Source of the DNA: Eledone cirrhosa
Taxonomy: Eukaryota
Assembly: GCA_964016885.1 (NCBI GenBank)
Contig: OZ024743.1
Span: forward strand, 294,562,001-294,626,000
Length of the DNA: 64,000 nucleotides
Reading direction: 5' to 3'
The position numbers and the translations under genes were made by a program. Position 1 is the stretch's first letter; the number at the start of each line of letters is the position of its first letter. A model generated the notes under the pieces. The model saw nothing but the letters and a program-made list of their open reading frames with translations, was not told where the DNA came from and searched no databases. Of the stretch, positions 1-12,400 are shown one piece after another.

Positions 1-274
1 TTATGTGATATATATATAAGGAGGTAAAACAAGCTGTGTTGTTGGTGGAGGAGGAGAGTAGAATATATATATTTATGTATGAGTGAGTGTGTGTATGTAC
101 GCGCTTATTAGATCATAGTATATATATATATATATATAGACTCAAAGATATCCACGGTAAGTTGTGGGGTCTATTCTGCATGAAGAACTCAATGTTATCC
201 ATATGTTGAAAATGTTGTAGGTTAAGATAAATCCCTGAAAACAATAAAACATAAGAAGGAAAACAGAGTTATAA

Positions 275-656
275 TATAAGTTAAAACAATGAAATAAAAA
301 ATCAAGTCATTAGAGATATAATTCACTGCTTTACGATCGTTTCTAGGTGATGGTAATACATAGTAGCTATACTTCGTTATTTTACTATGTAAGGTTGGTT
401 ACAAAATATCAGATAAAGAGAATATATACTTACATGCCTATCACCAGCTGTTTTAAAAAGCAATCAATTGCATTTGAAAACAGCTGGTGATATGCATGTA
501 AATAAATATTCTCTTTATCTGATATTTTGTAACTAACCTTACATAGACCAATAACGAAGTATAGCTACTATGTATTACCATCACCTAGAAACGATCTTAA
601 AGCAGTGAAGTATATCTCTATTGACTTGATTTTTTATTTCATTGTTTTAACTTATA
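275..656. repeat. ~380-bp fold-back palindrome, probably an inverted PLE 3' end
   Basis: TATAAGTTAAAACAATGAAATAAAAAATCAAGTCA... (275) is mirrored by ...TGACTTGATTTTTTATTTCATTGTTTTAACTTATA (656), centred near 465. Ends in a (TA)n tract like the other PLE hairpins. Confidence 0.8.
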
Positions 657-699
657 TATATATATATACATATATATATATAAGTTATATATATATATA

Positions 700-1580
700 T
701 TGTTATACTTTGGGATTGTCATGTTGCCAATAAGAAACACACGCACCAGTTGCTTTCACTTCAATTTATTATAATAAATTTATAAATTTATAAATTTAGG
801 AATTTATAAATTTCCGGTTGGTTGGTTGGTTCCACAACCAGTTGATTGTTCATATATTGTCAAAGTTCTTTCGTCACACATTCTGTGACCTCATCAGTGA
901 CTGGGGATTCTTTTCTTTTCATTGTTTTTGTGCCTCTTTTTTCTTCTGTCCTACGCCATCTTGTTTTTGTGTGTGTTGTGTGCTTAGTTTGCGCATGTGT
1001 TACATCCGGGTGTCTGTGTGTGTTTATATTTGTTTATTTATTTGCTTATTTACATGTTACTGGTTGGTTGTCTGTTCTATGTGCGTGAGTGTTTTCATTT
1101 TGTCCTTAATTGCAAGTTGTGATGTTGCTGTTCCATTCATGTTTTCTATTTATTTTTGGTTGGAGTTCATTTATGTTTATTGCCTCTGTGATTTGTCTAA
1201 ATATTGCGTCTTTTCTGTGTGTAGATTCTATTTTTATTTCTATTTTCTCTAATTTACCCTTATGTTCTATTTTAGCATGTTGGTAGAGTACAGATGATTC
1301 TTTACTATCTTGAAGGTCTCGCCAGTGTTCATTTTTCCGTTCCCCTATACTACGAGCTGTCTCACGAAAGCACTTTGACAATATATAAACAATCATCTTG
1401 TGGAACCAACCAACCAACCGGAAATTTATAAATTCCTAAATTTATAAATTTATTATAATAAACTGAAGTGAAAGCACTGGTGCGTGTGTTTCTTATTGGC
1501 AACATGACCCTCCCAAAGTATGACAATATATGTTTCAACACACGTTTTCAGATAAAGAATCTTACTAAACAAATTCAGAA
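700..1580 (-). mobile_element. 5'-truncated PLE (GIY-YIG C-terminus + 3' pLTR) with an inverted copy of its 3' end
   Basis: The minus-strand ORF reads ETARSIGERKNEH...HAKIEH...RQITEAININELQPKINRKHEW, a PLE GIY-YIG C-terminal half. 700-875 is inverted relative to 1364-1530. Flanked by (TA)n. Confidence 0.85.
859..901 (-). ncRNA. Minimal type I hammerhead ribozyme
   Basis: Minus strand: GTCA-CTGATGA-GGTCAC..GTGAC-GAAA-G-AA-C-T-T^TGAC. Stem I is GTCA/TGAC, with a CUU triplet. Confidence 0.7.
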
Positions 1581-1585
1581 ACGAA

Positions 1586-1958
<373 letters not shown>

Positions 1959-1959
1959 T

Positions 1960-3640
1960 ACCAACAACAAATTTCCTCCACCATCCAACACCTAGTCTCC
2001 CCCCACTCCCCCCCCCACCGCTTCCCACCTCATCGTCCGCAACCCCCACACCCCCACTATCTACTTCCTCCCAAACTCCACAAACCCGACAACCCCGTCC
2101 GCCCCATCGTCTCCGCTTGCAACTGTCTCACCGAACTCACCTCCGCCTTTCTTGATTCCATCCTGGACCCCTCGTCACTAGCCTCCCCTCCCACAACTCC
2201 GACACCAACCACGCCCTTCGCCTATTCGACTCCTTCACCTTCCCACCCGGCTCATAGCCCTTCGCCTTCACCCTAGATATCAAGTCGCTCTATACAGTCA
2301 TCCCCCACGCCGACGGCCTACTCGCCCTCAAGCACTACCTCGAACTTCGCTCCTCCCCTACCCTCTACCCCACCATCCTTTGCCTCGCCGAGCTGGTCCT
2401 CACCCTCAACTGTTTCTCCTTCTCGGGTGAGTTTTACTAACAGATCACGGGGGTAGCCATGGGCACAAGAAAATGCCCAAACTATGCCAACATTTCGTTG
2501 GCCATGTTGAGGCTCAAATCTTTGCCCAGTACACCGGCCCCACGCCCGAACTGTACGGTCGTTACATCGACGACTGTATCGGAGCCACAACCTTCACCCG
2601 AGAACTGCTCGACTCCTTTCTGTCCTTCTTCTGCTCCTTCCACCCCTCCCTCCACTTCACCACCTCTATCTCCACCACCACGTCCAATTCTTAGACATCT
2701 CCGTCGCCTTCGACCCCTCCCACCACTCGCTCGTCACCTCCGCCTTCTTCAAACCCACCGACTCCCACTCCTACCTCGACTTCACCTCTTCCCACCCTAC
2801 ACACACTAAACACTCTATTCCCTACTCCCAACTCCTCAGGATCCGCCGCCTATATAGCCGAGATGCTGACTTTGTGTCCCAGGCCCTTTCCCTAGTGAGC
2901 CATTTCATCCGCAGAGGTTACCCCCCCCCCCCCCCTCCCCCTCTCGTCCACACCTCTCTCACTCGCGCCCGTGCTGTCCACCGCTCCACCACCCTCACAC
3001 CACTCCACCGCACACCCACCCACCGTCTCCCCTTCCCCATCATCTACCACCCCTCCAGCCTACCCATCCAACGCACCATCCTCCGCCTCTTCCGACGCCT
3101 CCAGTCCGACCCCTCCAACTCCCACATCTTCCCAGCCCCACCACTCCTCTCCTTCAAATGCGCATGCAATCTCCGCACCCTCCCGGTACGCAGCTCCCTA
3201 CCCCCAACCCACGCTCCCCCCCGGTTCCCTTCCCTGTACCAGGCCTCGTTGCAACACCTATCCCCACATCACCAACACCACCACCTTCCAGGGTCCCAAC
3301 GGCCACTCTCTCTCTGTCCGGCATGCCTTACGCTGCACCTCCTCCAACCTAGTCTATGGACTTCGCTGCACAGAGTGCAGCGCAACCCACGTCAGACAGA
3401 CTGGACGTCGCCTGGCGGACCGTTTTACCGAACACCATCAGGATATTCATCTCGGCGGTAGTTCCCCCATCGCCCGCCACTTTGGCTGCCCTGGACATTC
3501 CGCGCAACACCTTACAGTCTGTGGCCTACTCCAATGTAACGGAACACCCGCCACCCTCCTCACGGTCGAATAACGCACACTCTTCACCCTACAGACCCAC
3601 ACTCCCGCCGGCCTGAACTCCCCATCCCTATTCCTTTAAC
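1960..3640 (+). pseudogene. Neptune-like PLE RT + GIY-YIG ORF, 5'-truncated, with frameshifts and stops
   Basis: Across frames: [64 protein letters not shown], Cys linker PCTRPRCNTYPH, and CTSSNLVYGLRCTECSATHVRQTGRRLADRFTEH. A C-rich 3' tail extends to ~4070. Confidence 0.9.
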
Positions 3641-4161
3641 CTTCGACCGCCCTGTTCTCACCCCCACACACACACATCCCCCACTAACACACTCCTCCTT
3701 TTCACCGCCCACACCACAATTAACAATACTAACATCCCCACACCACACCCGACCACCCTTCCCCTATTAACAATACTAACATCCTTTCTTCTCCCCCCTC
3801 CCTTATCACGCACACACCCACCGGTACATATATACACGCACTTACACTAACCACACACCCTACTACCACCACTAACCCTCACCCACACATCCACTCCCAC
3901 CACCCCACAACTAATACCACTACCACCCCTCCCACCGACCCACGCACACGAACACACCCACACACGCATACCCACTTACACCACGCACTCTACACACCCT
4001 ACCACCACTGACTCCCACCAACAGACCCGCATTCAACCCTTTCCCCACCACCTGTATACTAACACCCAGTGTTATATATATATATATACACACATATATA
4101 CATATATATATATATACATATCTATCTATATATATACATACATATATACATATATATATAT

Positions 4162-4705
4162 AGAAAGGATGAATATAAAATGAAAGTGCTTTTGTTAAAA
4201 AAGGAATTTATTAGGTATTGACATATGTTTCTGTAACAGACCGAATACCTATGTATCGCTGCTTGCGTAATCATATAATGTTAGCAAGTATTCGAAAGCA
4301 AATGTATAATCAGTTGTCACTTCTTCAGAGATTTTGGATAAACTGGATAAAATCAGAAAAATTGAAGTATTTATATTAGTAAAAGAGGAAGGAACAGAGG
4401 GGATAGAATATGACAGATGGTAAAATAATTTACTGCTAAACAAGTATATAATGGGTTTTTAATGAGAATACCATGAGTAAATCTAAATAAGAATTTTGGG
4501 TGTGCCAATTTTAATCTCTACTTGACCAACTGGACAGTGGACAGGGCTGGTCATTTGGTGCAGTAGTATTAATTATAAAGTGTCAATTGGGGAAGGGGGA
4601 GATTTCGATTGCTACTAAATAACATCAAAGCTAGTAGCCAGCTGGTATATGCACTAGGGAATTGAATCAAGAAATCAGAAATCTCATTTTATCTATAGCA
4701 GTTTG
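4162..4705 (-). mobile_element. Probable PLE 3' fragment with a core-deleted hammerhead
   Basis: Minus strand GGTATT...GAAA-CATATG-TC^AATACC retains stems I and III, but CUGANGA is missing. AATAAA follows. Flanked by TA tracts. Confidence 0.45.
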
Positions 4706-4707
4706 TA

Positions 4708-4740
<33 letters not shown>

Positions 4741-4770
4741 TATATACATATATATATATATATACATATA

Positions 4771-4867
<97 letters not shown>

Positions 4868-5039
4868 ACTAACATAAGCGCACAGATGCACGCCCATGCT
4901 AGCAAATACACAGGTTATGTCATAGTACCTAGGTGGTTCAATGCAGGAGAATGCAGAACAATAATATAAAAGACGTAAAATAAGAAAATATTTTTCAAAA
5001 AAATTTTAAAAAATTTTTTACTTACTTACTTAAATTTTC

Positions 5040-5121
5040 ACTCCAACTAATTAGTTTCTGCAATGGGATAAAGACAGTTACGTAATCCAACTGTCGAGAA
5101 TTCATTGCGTCATCAGGGAGT
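5040..5121 (-). ncRNA. Type I hammerhead ribozyme (558-bp family)
   Basis: Reverse complement of the motif at 5821-5902. Confidence 0.85.
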
Positions 5122-5820
5122 CTATTCTCAGTTAAGTCTCCAGGCAATGCGCGGACACTGGCGGCTCATATAAAAATAATAATAATTCGGTAGATCGAAC
5201 AGCTGGCGAGGACTGGATTCTATGTACCGAAATTCTCACTGCTTCAGGTCAATGAAGGAGAATGCAGAACAATAATATAAAAGACGTAAAATAAGAAAAT
5301 ATTTTTCACAGGGAGTGAAAATTTAAGTAAGTAAATAAAACATTTTTTAAAAATTTTTTTGAAAAATATTTTCTTATTTTACGTCTTTTATATTTTTGTT
5401 CTGCATTCTCCTGCATTGAACCACCTAGGTACTATGACATAACCTGTGTATTTGCTAGCATGGGCGTGAATCTGTGCGCTTATGTTAGTTGATATTATCT
5501 ATAGTTAGTTGATATTATCTATATGAAATTATCTATATTTATCTCCAAATCACTGATTTGTCGAGCAAACTTGCCAAAACCACTTCTAAAAAAATTTTTT
5601 GGGGGTGTTAGTAGGCGTCAGTCATCTTACCATCCCATTCCTTCTAACTAGCCTCTGTGTCACGTGATTGATTCTTTAGAATCGGCCATTTGACCTGAAG
5701 CAGTGAGAATTTCGGTACATAGAATCCAGTCCTCGCCAGCTGTTCGATCTACCGAATTATTATTATTTTTATATGAGCCGCCAGTGTCCGCGCATTGCCT
5801 GGAGACTTAACTGAGAATAG

Positions 5821-5902
5821 ACTCCCTGATGACGCAATGAATTCTCGACAGTTGGATTACGTAACTGTCTTTATCCCATTGCAGAAACTAATTAGTTGGA
5901 GT
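5821..5902 (+). ncRNA. Type I hammerhead ribozyme (558-bp family)
   Basis: ACTCC-CTGATGA-C-GCAATG..GACAGTT..AACTGTC..CATTGC-A-GAAA-CTAATTAG-TT^GGAGT, with a GUU triplet. Confidence 0.88.
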
Positions 5903-6378
5903 GAAAATTTAAGTAAGTAAGTAAACAAATTTTTTAAAATTTTTTGAAAAATATTTTCTTATTTTACGTCTTTTATATTATTGTTCTGCATTCTCCTGCA
6001 TTGAACCACCTAGGTACTATGACATAACCTGTGTATTTGCTAGCATGGGCGTGCATCTGTGCGCTTATGTTAGTTGATATATTAAATTATCTATATTTAT
6101 CTCCAAATCAGTGATTTGTCGAGCAAACTTGCCAAAACCACTTCTAAAAAAATTTTTTGGGGGTGTTAGTAGGCGTCAGTCATCTTACCATTCCATTCCT
6201 TCTAACTAGCCTCTGTGTCACGTGATTGATTCTTTAGAATCGGCCATTTGACCTGAAGCAGTGAGAATTGCGGTACATAGAATCCAGTCCTCGCCAGCTG
6301 TTCGATCTACCGAATTATTATTATTTTTATATGAGCCGTCAGTGTCCGCGCATTGCCTGGAGACTTAACTGAGAATAG

Positions 6379-6460
6379 ACTCCCTGATGACGCAATGGTT
6401 TCTCGGCAGTTGGATTACGTAACTGTCTTTATCCCATTGCAGAAACTAATTAGTTGGAGT
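6379..6460 (+). ncRNA. Type I hammerhead ribozyme (558-bp family)
   Basis: Second direct copy, with an intact core. Confidence 0.88.
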
Positions 6461-6527
6461 GAAAATTTAAGTAAGTAAGTAAAAAATTTTTTTTTAATTT
6501 TTTTGAAAAATATTTTCTTATTTTACG

Positions 6528-6596
<69 letters not shown>

Positions 6597-6641
6597 CATA
6601 TATATATATACATACATATATATATATACACACATTCTGAA

Positions 6642-8315
6642 GTGATTGGCTGGTTCAACAAATTGGATAATAAAAACAAACTAAAATTTATTCAATTCGA
6701 TATTGCCAGCTACTATTCCTCCATTTCGCCTTCACTTCTCAATAATGCTCTATCTTTCGCACTTAAATATTCTGACATCACCACAGATGAACTTCACATC
6801 ATCCTCACCGCACGTAAAACCATCCTAGAGTTCAACAACGAATATTGGACCAGAGCCGATACCTCTAACAACTTCGACATCACAATGGGAGCATCCGATT
6901 CATCCCAATTGACTGATTTAATTGGTATCTTCATTTTGAACTCTTTGAGTCGGAAAATTCCTCAACTTCGCGGTGGAATTTATCGTGACGATGGACTCTT
7001 TACTATCCTAAATTGCAATATAGTTAAACTTAATATTATTAAGAACAATATACGTAATCTCTTTAACCAACATAACCTAAAAATTGAATTTGATAATAGT
7101 ATCAAACTAGTTAATTTCTTGGATGTATCTCTTAATCTTGACACTGGCCTATATTACCCTTACCATAAAAACAATGAGATTCTTAATTATGTTAACTTTA
7201 AATCTAACCATCCTACCAATATCAAGAATGCTATAGTTAATAATATTGGAAATAGAATATCTAACATATCTTCTAATAAAAACATCTTTGATGCTAACGC
7301 CAATTACTATAATAACGCACTTTCTAAAGCCGGCTATCCAGATGAAATCAAATATAATAAAGAAACAAATTCTAGGAAAACTTACAGTAGAATAATTAAT
7401 CATGACCATTCCAATAATTTTAATAAAAGACCTAGATACAAAAACATAATCTGGTATAATGCTCCTTTCTCCATCTCTATTAATAACAATATTCCTAAAT
7501 TATTTTTTAGTGCCTTAAATAAATGCTTCCCTCCCTCACATATCTATAGTAAAATATTTAACAAACACACCATCAAATTTTCGTATTCTACATCCTCCAA
7601 TATTTCCAACATCATCTCTAAACACAACAACAAAATATTAAATACTAAATCTCTTCCTTCCAATATTGAATTTCATAATAACAGTAATAGTACTCCCGAC
7701 GTCATTGTAAACCCTAGGCTAACTTCTGTAAACCCAAATACAACGTCAAACACAACTTCGCTAAATGTTCATAATCCAACTCTAAATCAAGAAACTATTA
7801 TTCCTATTATTCCTATCGCAAACAACTTCTCCAATCCAATTCCTTCTATAGATAACACTAGATCACTCATTAATAATCTCTCTAATTGCAACTGCCGCAT
7901 TAAAAATAAATGTCCTCTCAACAACCATTGCCTCGATAAAAACTTAATTTATGAATGTAAAATTATAACTAGCACCAATTCCTTCACCTATTTTGGCTCC
8001 ACTTCCACCTCTTTTAAAGCTCGTCTCTATAATCATCATTCATCTTTCAAATACAAACTTAAAAGAACTAACACTGCTCTCTCAGAACTCATATGGTCCT
8101 TAAAAGACAAAAACATGAAATATAACATCTTTTGGAAAAAGATTTCTTCTGCATCCTCATACTTGAACAGCTCTCTATCTAAAATCTGTAATCTCTGCCT
8201 AAATGAAAAATTTACCATTATCTCTAACCTAGATTCTATAATAAATAGACGCTCAGATTTGTTTTCTATCTGCCTGCATAAATTCCATAGAACTTTTCAC
8301 AAAGTATACAGTTAA
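6642..8315 (+). CDS. PLE RT + C-terminal GIY-YIG, YRDDG type (Hydra/Nematis-like); 5'-truncated but uninterrupted for 557 codons
   Basis: FIQFDIASYYSSI, FDITMGASDSSQLTDLIG, GGIYRDDG, VNFLDVSLNL, IIWYNAPFS, CNCRIKNKCPLNNHCL, LIYECKI...YFGSTSTSFKARLYNH, CNLCLNEK. Confidence 0.92.
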   Translation: MIGWFNKLDNKNKLKFIQFDIASYYSSISPSLLNNALSFALKYSDITTDELHIILTARKTILEFNNEYWTRADTSNNFDITMGASDSSQLTDLIGIFILNSLSRKIPQLRGGIYRDDGLFTILNCNIVKLNIIKNNIRNLFNQHNLKIEFDNSIKLVNFLDVSLNLDTGLYYPYHKNNEILNYVNFKSNHPTNIKNAIVNNIGNRISNISSNKNIFDANANYYNNALSKAGYPDEIKYNKETNSRKTYSRIINHDHSNNFNKRPRYKNIIWYNAPFSISINNNIPKLFFSALNKCFPPSHIYSKIFNKHTIKFSYSTSSNISNIISKHNNKILNTKSLPSNIEFHNNSNSTPDVIVNPRLTSVNPNTTSNTTSLNVHNPTLNQETIIPIIPIANNFSNPIPSIDNTRSLINNLSNCNCRIKNKCPLNNHCLDKNLIYECKIITSTNSFTYFGSTSTSFKARLYNHHSSFKYKLKRTNTALSELIWSLKDKNMKYNIFWKKISSASSYLNSSLSKICNLCLNEKFTIISNLDSIINRRSDLFSICLHKFHRTFHKVYS

Positions 8316-9400
8316 TATTCAATTCTTTATCAATTTAGAATCTTTTCTCAAAGGCACATATACATACACCTCTTTAAAATATACCCATCTACCTTACTTT
8401 AAAGGGCATTATACACTCTATAATACTCGTTTACTCATTACCCTCATTCTATCTTCTCGTAAAATAATAACATTTGTTTTTGACATTTTGAATATTCATC
8501 CGCAACCATTATTATTTTGTCTCTCTATCATAAATCTTTTTAATCTCAATTTCATCCTTAATTTATTATTATTTTTTTTTCTCCCCATCAACGAACTCAT
8601 TATTAATACATATCAATTCAATATACAAACTTTAACTTTACATTATTTTTCTCAAATCCTTCTACACACAAACCTTAACAATTTTTCTCTTCGCTAATTT
8701 TGAAATTGCCACAATACATACATTTCTTCTTTTGACGTTAGAATATTCACCCACAATTATTATTTTTTTCTCTCTATCTTCATACATAATTTCCCTTCGT
8801 TAATTTTCAAATTCCTTTAATTTATACATTATCTTCCAACGGTTCCCAACCTCTCTATATTAAAACAATATATCTTTTTCTCAGTTATAAAAACTATCTC
8901 TTTCTCTCTACCACCCATCTCTCCCTCTCCACCTTCACTCTCATCTCCTCCCCCCTTTTTTTCATCCTTTCCACCACCCCCTCCCTAAATAAAATATTTT
9001 TTCCTCGCACATATCCTCCCTTCGTTAATTTTCAAAATTTTTAATTTATACAGTATCTTCCAACGGTTTTCAACCCCTCTATGTAAAAAATATATCTCCT
9101 CTCAGTTATAAAAACTATCTCTTTCTCTCTATCACTCATCTCTCCCTCTCATCTCCTTCCCTTTTCATCCTCCCCCCCCCCTCTCTAAATAAAATATTTT
9201 TCCCAATATCACACATCAATCTAAAACCACTTTTCATATGTTAATTTAAAACTGCACTATCAACAAGTGTTTTTTAGCCTTCATATCATGTTCTCCTGTT
9301 TTATCTGATGAAAACACAAATATTATTGCTTGATGATGTTTGTTTTTGAAATGCGCATAATAAAATATATGGAACTCCTTTAACCATCTTTTGATCTTAT
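8316..9400 (+). mobile_element. 3' UTR/pLTR of the 6642-8315 PLE (family B)
   Basis: Homologous to 34765-35306 and 59938-60100. Contains an internal ~230-bp duplication (8790-9000 vs 9020-9200) and a hammerhead. Confidence 0.85.
9299..9365 (+). ncRNA. Type I hammerhead ribozyme (family B)
   Basis: TTTTAT-CTGATGA-AAACACAAAT..GTTTGTTTTT-GAAA-TGCGCA-TA^ATAAAA, with an AUA triplet. Confidence 0.85.
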
Positions 9401-9477
9401 ATTATACATACATATATATATATATATATATACATACATACATACACATATATATATACATAAATATATATATAAAA

Positions 9478-12400
9478 AATCAAGTTAAATAAAAAGTCAA
9501 ATGTTTAACATTTACCTTATTACTGCTATATATATTTCAGTGTCAGCCATCTTTGGCTGTGACCTCTTCAGGCAGTCCGAATTAGTGTGGTATAGACAAG
9601 TACATATGTTGTTGAGGTGTATAATTTTGTCAATACTCTGATATGCCCAGTTCCTGGTTGGCTTGTTATTTCACTGAAGAACTAGAATCATATGAATTCA
9701 AACAAACGAATTTCAGTGTCAAAGGGCCTCTTCTCCTCTCATTGGTCAGTTGTTAGAACATTCCTCATTCTAAGTGTTGTTATTGTTGGAGTTAGCTTAA
9801 AACATTGATAAAGTGGTAGAAGGGACAAGGTGTTAAAGGAACAAAATAACAAAAGTGTCAAACTTCCCATTGGTCAGTTCTGAGAGCATTCCTCAGTCAG
9901 AAGTCTATAGAATTCTTTCTAGGATGAGGCTCCCTGTAGTGTTTGTGTTTGCTATTGTTAAGTACATTTGACCTCCACCATTATTTTGGTGTTGTGGTCA
10001 GCTTATGTCTTGCTGCTGCTGACAATTTAGAAGTATCTGTGTGTGTTTTTTCTTCATCCCTCCTGCCACCATCTCTCATGGTTGTGGTGGTGGTGGTGGT
10101 GGTGCTGGTGTGTGTGTGTGTGGGGGGGGGGTTCTTCCATGTATATGAAGAAATATAAGGCAATAAATGAAGAAAACAGAAAATAAATAATATAATTTGT
10201 ATAATTTGAAAATAAATAATAAATAGAGAATAAAGAATAAAGAATAAATGAAAAATTGGTGAAAAAGTAATGAAAATGAAGATTCAAATAAAGTAGGATA
10301 AAGTGTGTGTGTGCTATAACCAATCTCAAGGTCAGAAATATGTTGGATAGATTGGTATGAGGACAAGATGTTAAAATAAGATAATCAAACAAAATGTGTT
10401 AGTGTTATAATCAATCTCAACTTAAAAATAAATATAAGGTGATACAGTAAAGAGGGCAGAAAACAAATAACAAATTAATAAAGAGAAATCAAGATTTAAA
10501 ATTGGGACTTGAAAATCAGAAATCAAGTAAATTAAAATGTGTTTGTGTCATATAGATGTTGGCCAAAATATAATAGCTGTGTCCGATTCAATCTGTAGGC
10601 TATCATGGTGTCTGCTCAGCCTGGGTTGTTCCTTATGGCTTGAGGGGAGTTCACAACCTAGGGTGTTGTTACTGACCATATAGCTTGAGGGAGGTCTGGC
10701 TGAGAGGTGTTTACATGTTCTGTAGAAGTCCCTATAGCTTGTGGGGAGTTCACATCTTCTTGTGTTGCTACTGTCCATATATCTTGAGGAAGGTCCCAGC
10801 TCCAAGGTGTCTGCATGTCCCGAAGAAGTCGGTCGGTTCTAAGGTTTATCAGGCCGCTTCCGCCTCTCAGTATCTCGAGGGTCTCGTTCAGGCATAGTTT
10901 GCATATGCAAGATCCCCCTTTATCGGGTCGTACATTCCTGATTATGTACCAGGCCAGAGAGTACGGTGTCCTGTCCAGCTTAAGCTTCCAGATCAAGTCG
11001 GAGAGAGCTGTGCTTTTCCTTTTGGCCTCCTTATTGAATTAATGGCGATGGTTGTACCAGCGGTCTTTAAAGCTCGTTGATGTGGCTCCTATGTAGAAGT
11101 GTTCGGAGTTGGGAGTTTTAACCCTACAACCGTATACTAGATTCTTCTTGAGGCATTCATTACTAAGGGGGTATGATTCGGTGTTTCTGCAGTTGCAGGG
11201 GGTGGTCGACCTCTGCATGCCTAGATTAGGGTTCCCGTTATGTGTTACATGTTGGTCTTAACCCAGACACGTTGGGGGGTCCCCGGGTCTGTTTGGGTTT
11301 CTTGGGTGGGCTCTGGGTCCCCCCTTCCCTCCTTTCACATGGTTCAGCTGAGTGCTTGTATTGCCATCTTCTGGTTGTGTGTGGTTTTTAAGCCTACTCC
11401 TGTTGATGCTAGCTATGTGTCGGGCCAGATTTCTCGTGGTGGAATACGAGATCTTCACAGTGTGTCTGTTGAAGATACTGTGGTATCTGTGGTCCCCCGG
11501 GAAGCATTTATCAAGTGCTCCAAAGAATGATCGGGCCAAGCTGTTCTTTAGGGCCGCTGAGTAAGGTGGGTTGTACCACGTGACTTTTCGGTGTCTCCTC
11601 CTATATGTGAGGGTCGGGAACATCGTGATTTTTTGGAAATTTGCTGGGTTGCTGGTGGTTCCCGCACTGTTGCTTCCCCTTTGGGCGCTATGCTTTTTGT
11701 TATATTCACGGCCGGAATCTGTGGGGTAGTCGTTGCCCGCGCTGGGAGATATATCGTGAGGTGGTCACCCATTCCCCCCCCCCCCACGTGTCCTGCGGTT
11801 GGGGTCGTCGGACCTGGGGTGGTTAGCGTCACCCCTGAGACTGTTACTCATATTGTGTTTCATCTCGTGGTTAAGCGTACTAGTCACCATCGCCCGTGTG
11901 GTGGTGTCGGGCACATGGTGCCTATTTGTTTCTGCTCTGCCTGTATTGTTAGGGTTCGCCCTCCCCTCCCCAGGCAACGCGGGTGTGGGTGTCTGTTCGG
12001 CTATCCCCATCCCGGCGTTTCGGACTATATGTTATATTTTGGCCATGTGCCGCCTTCTTTAGAGCTGTGTTATTGAATATTTCCTTCCTTGCGGACAGGT
12101 TGGAGATCCTGTCCGAGACACTCTTCACCACTGCCTTGGTTATGGATCTAGTGTGGTTTGATTTGGCGTTAACATATACGAGTTTCTCGTTGGGATTGTG
12201 GTGGGGGTAGTATTGTTCGGTGTTCAGGTTTAGGGTGGTGTCTAGGAAGTTAACTACCTTCCTATTTGGGTCTATTTCTATACTGAGCCCCTGGTTCTTA
12301 AAGAAATGGCGAATACCTCTCCTCATTCCCTTTAACATATTGGTGCTGTGGTCATATACTGTGAATAGAGCATCGTCACGGTATAATCCGGCGCCCAGGC

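Larger units (their letters stand above)
4864..6535. mobile_element. ORF-less tandem 558-bp hammerhead-bearing unit (retrozyme/pLTR-like): inverted copy plus ~2.1 direct copies
   Basis: ACTCCCTGATGA recurs at 5821 and 6379 (558-bp period). 4864-5308 is reverse-complementary to the unit. (TA)n on both sides. Confidence 0.9.
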
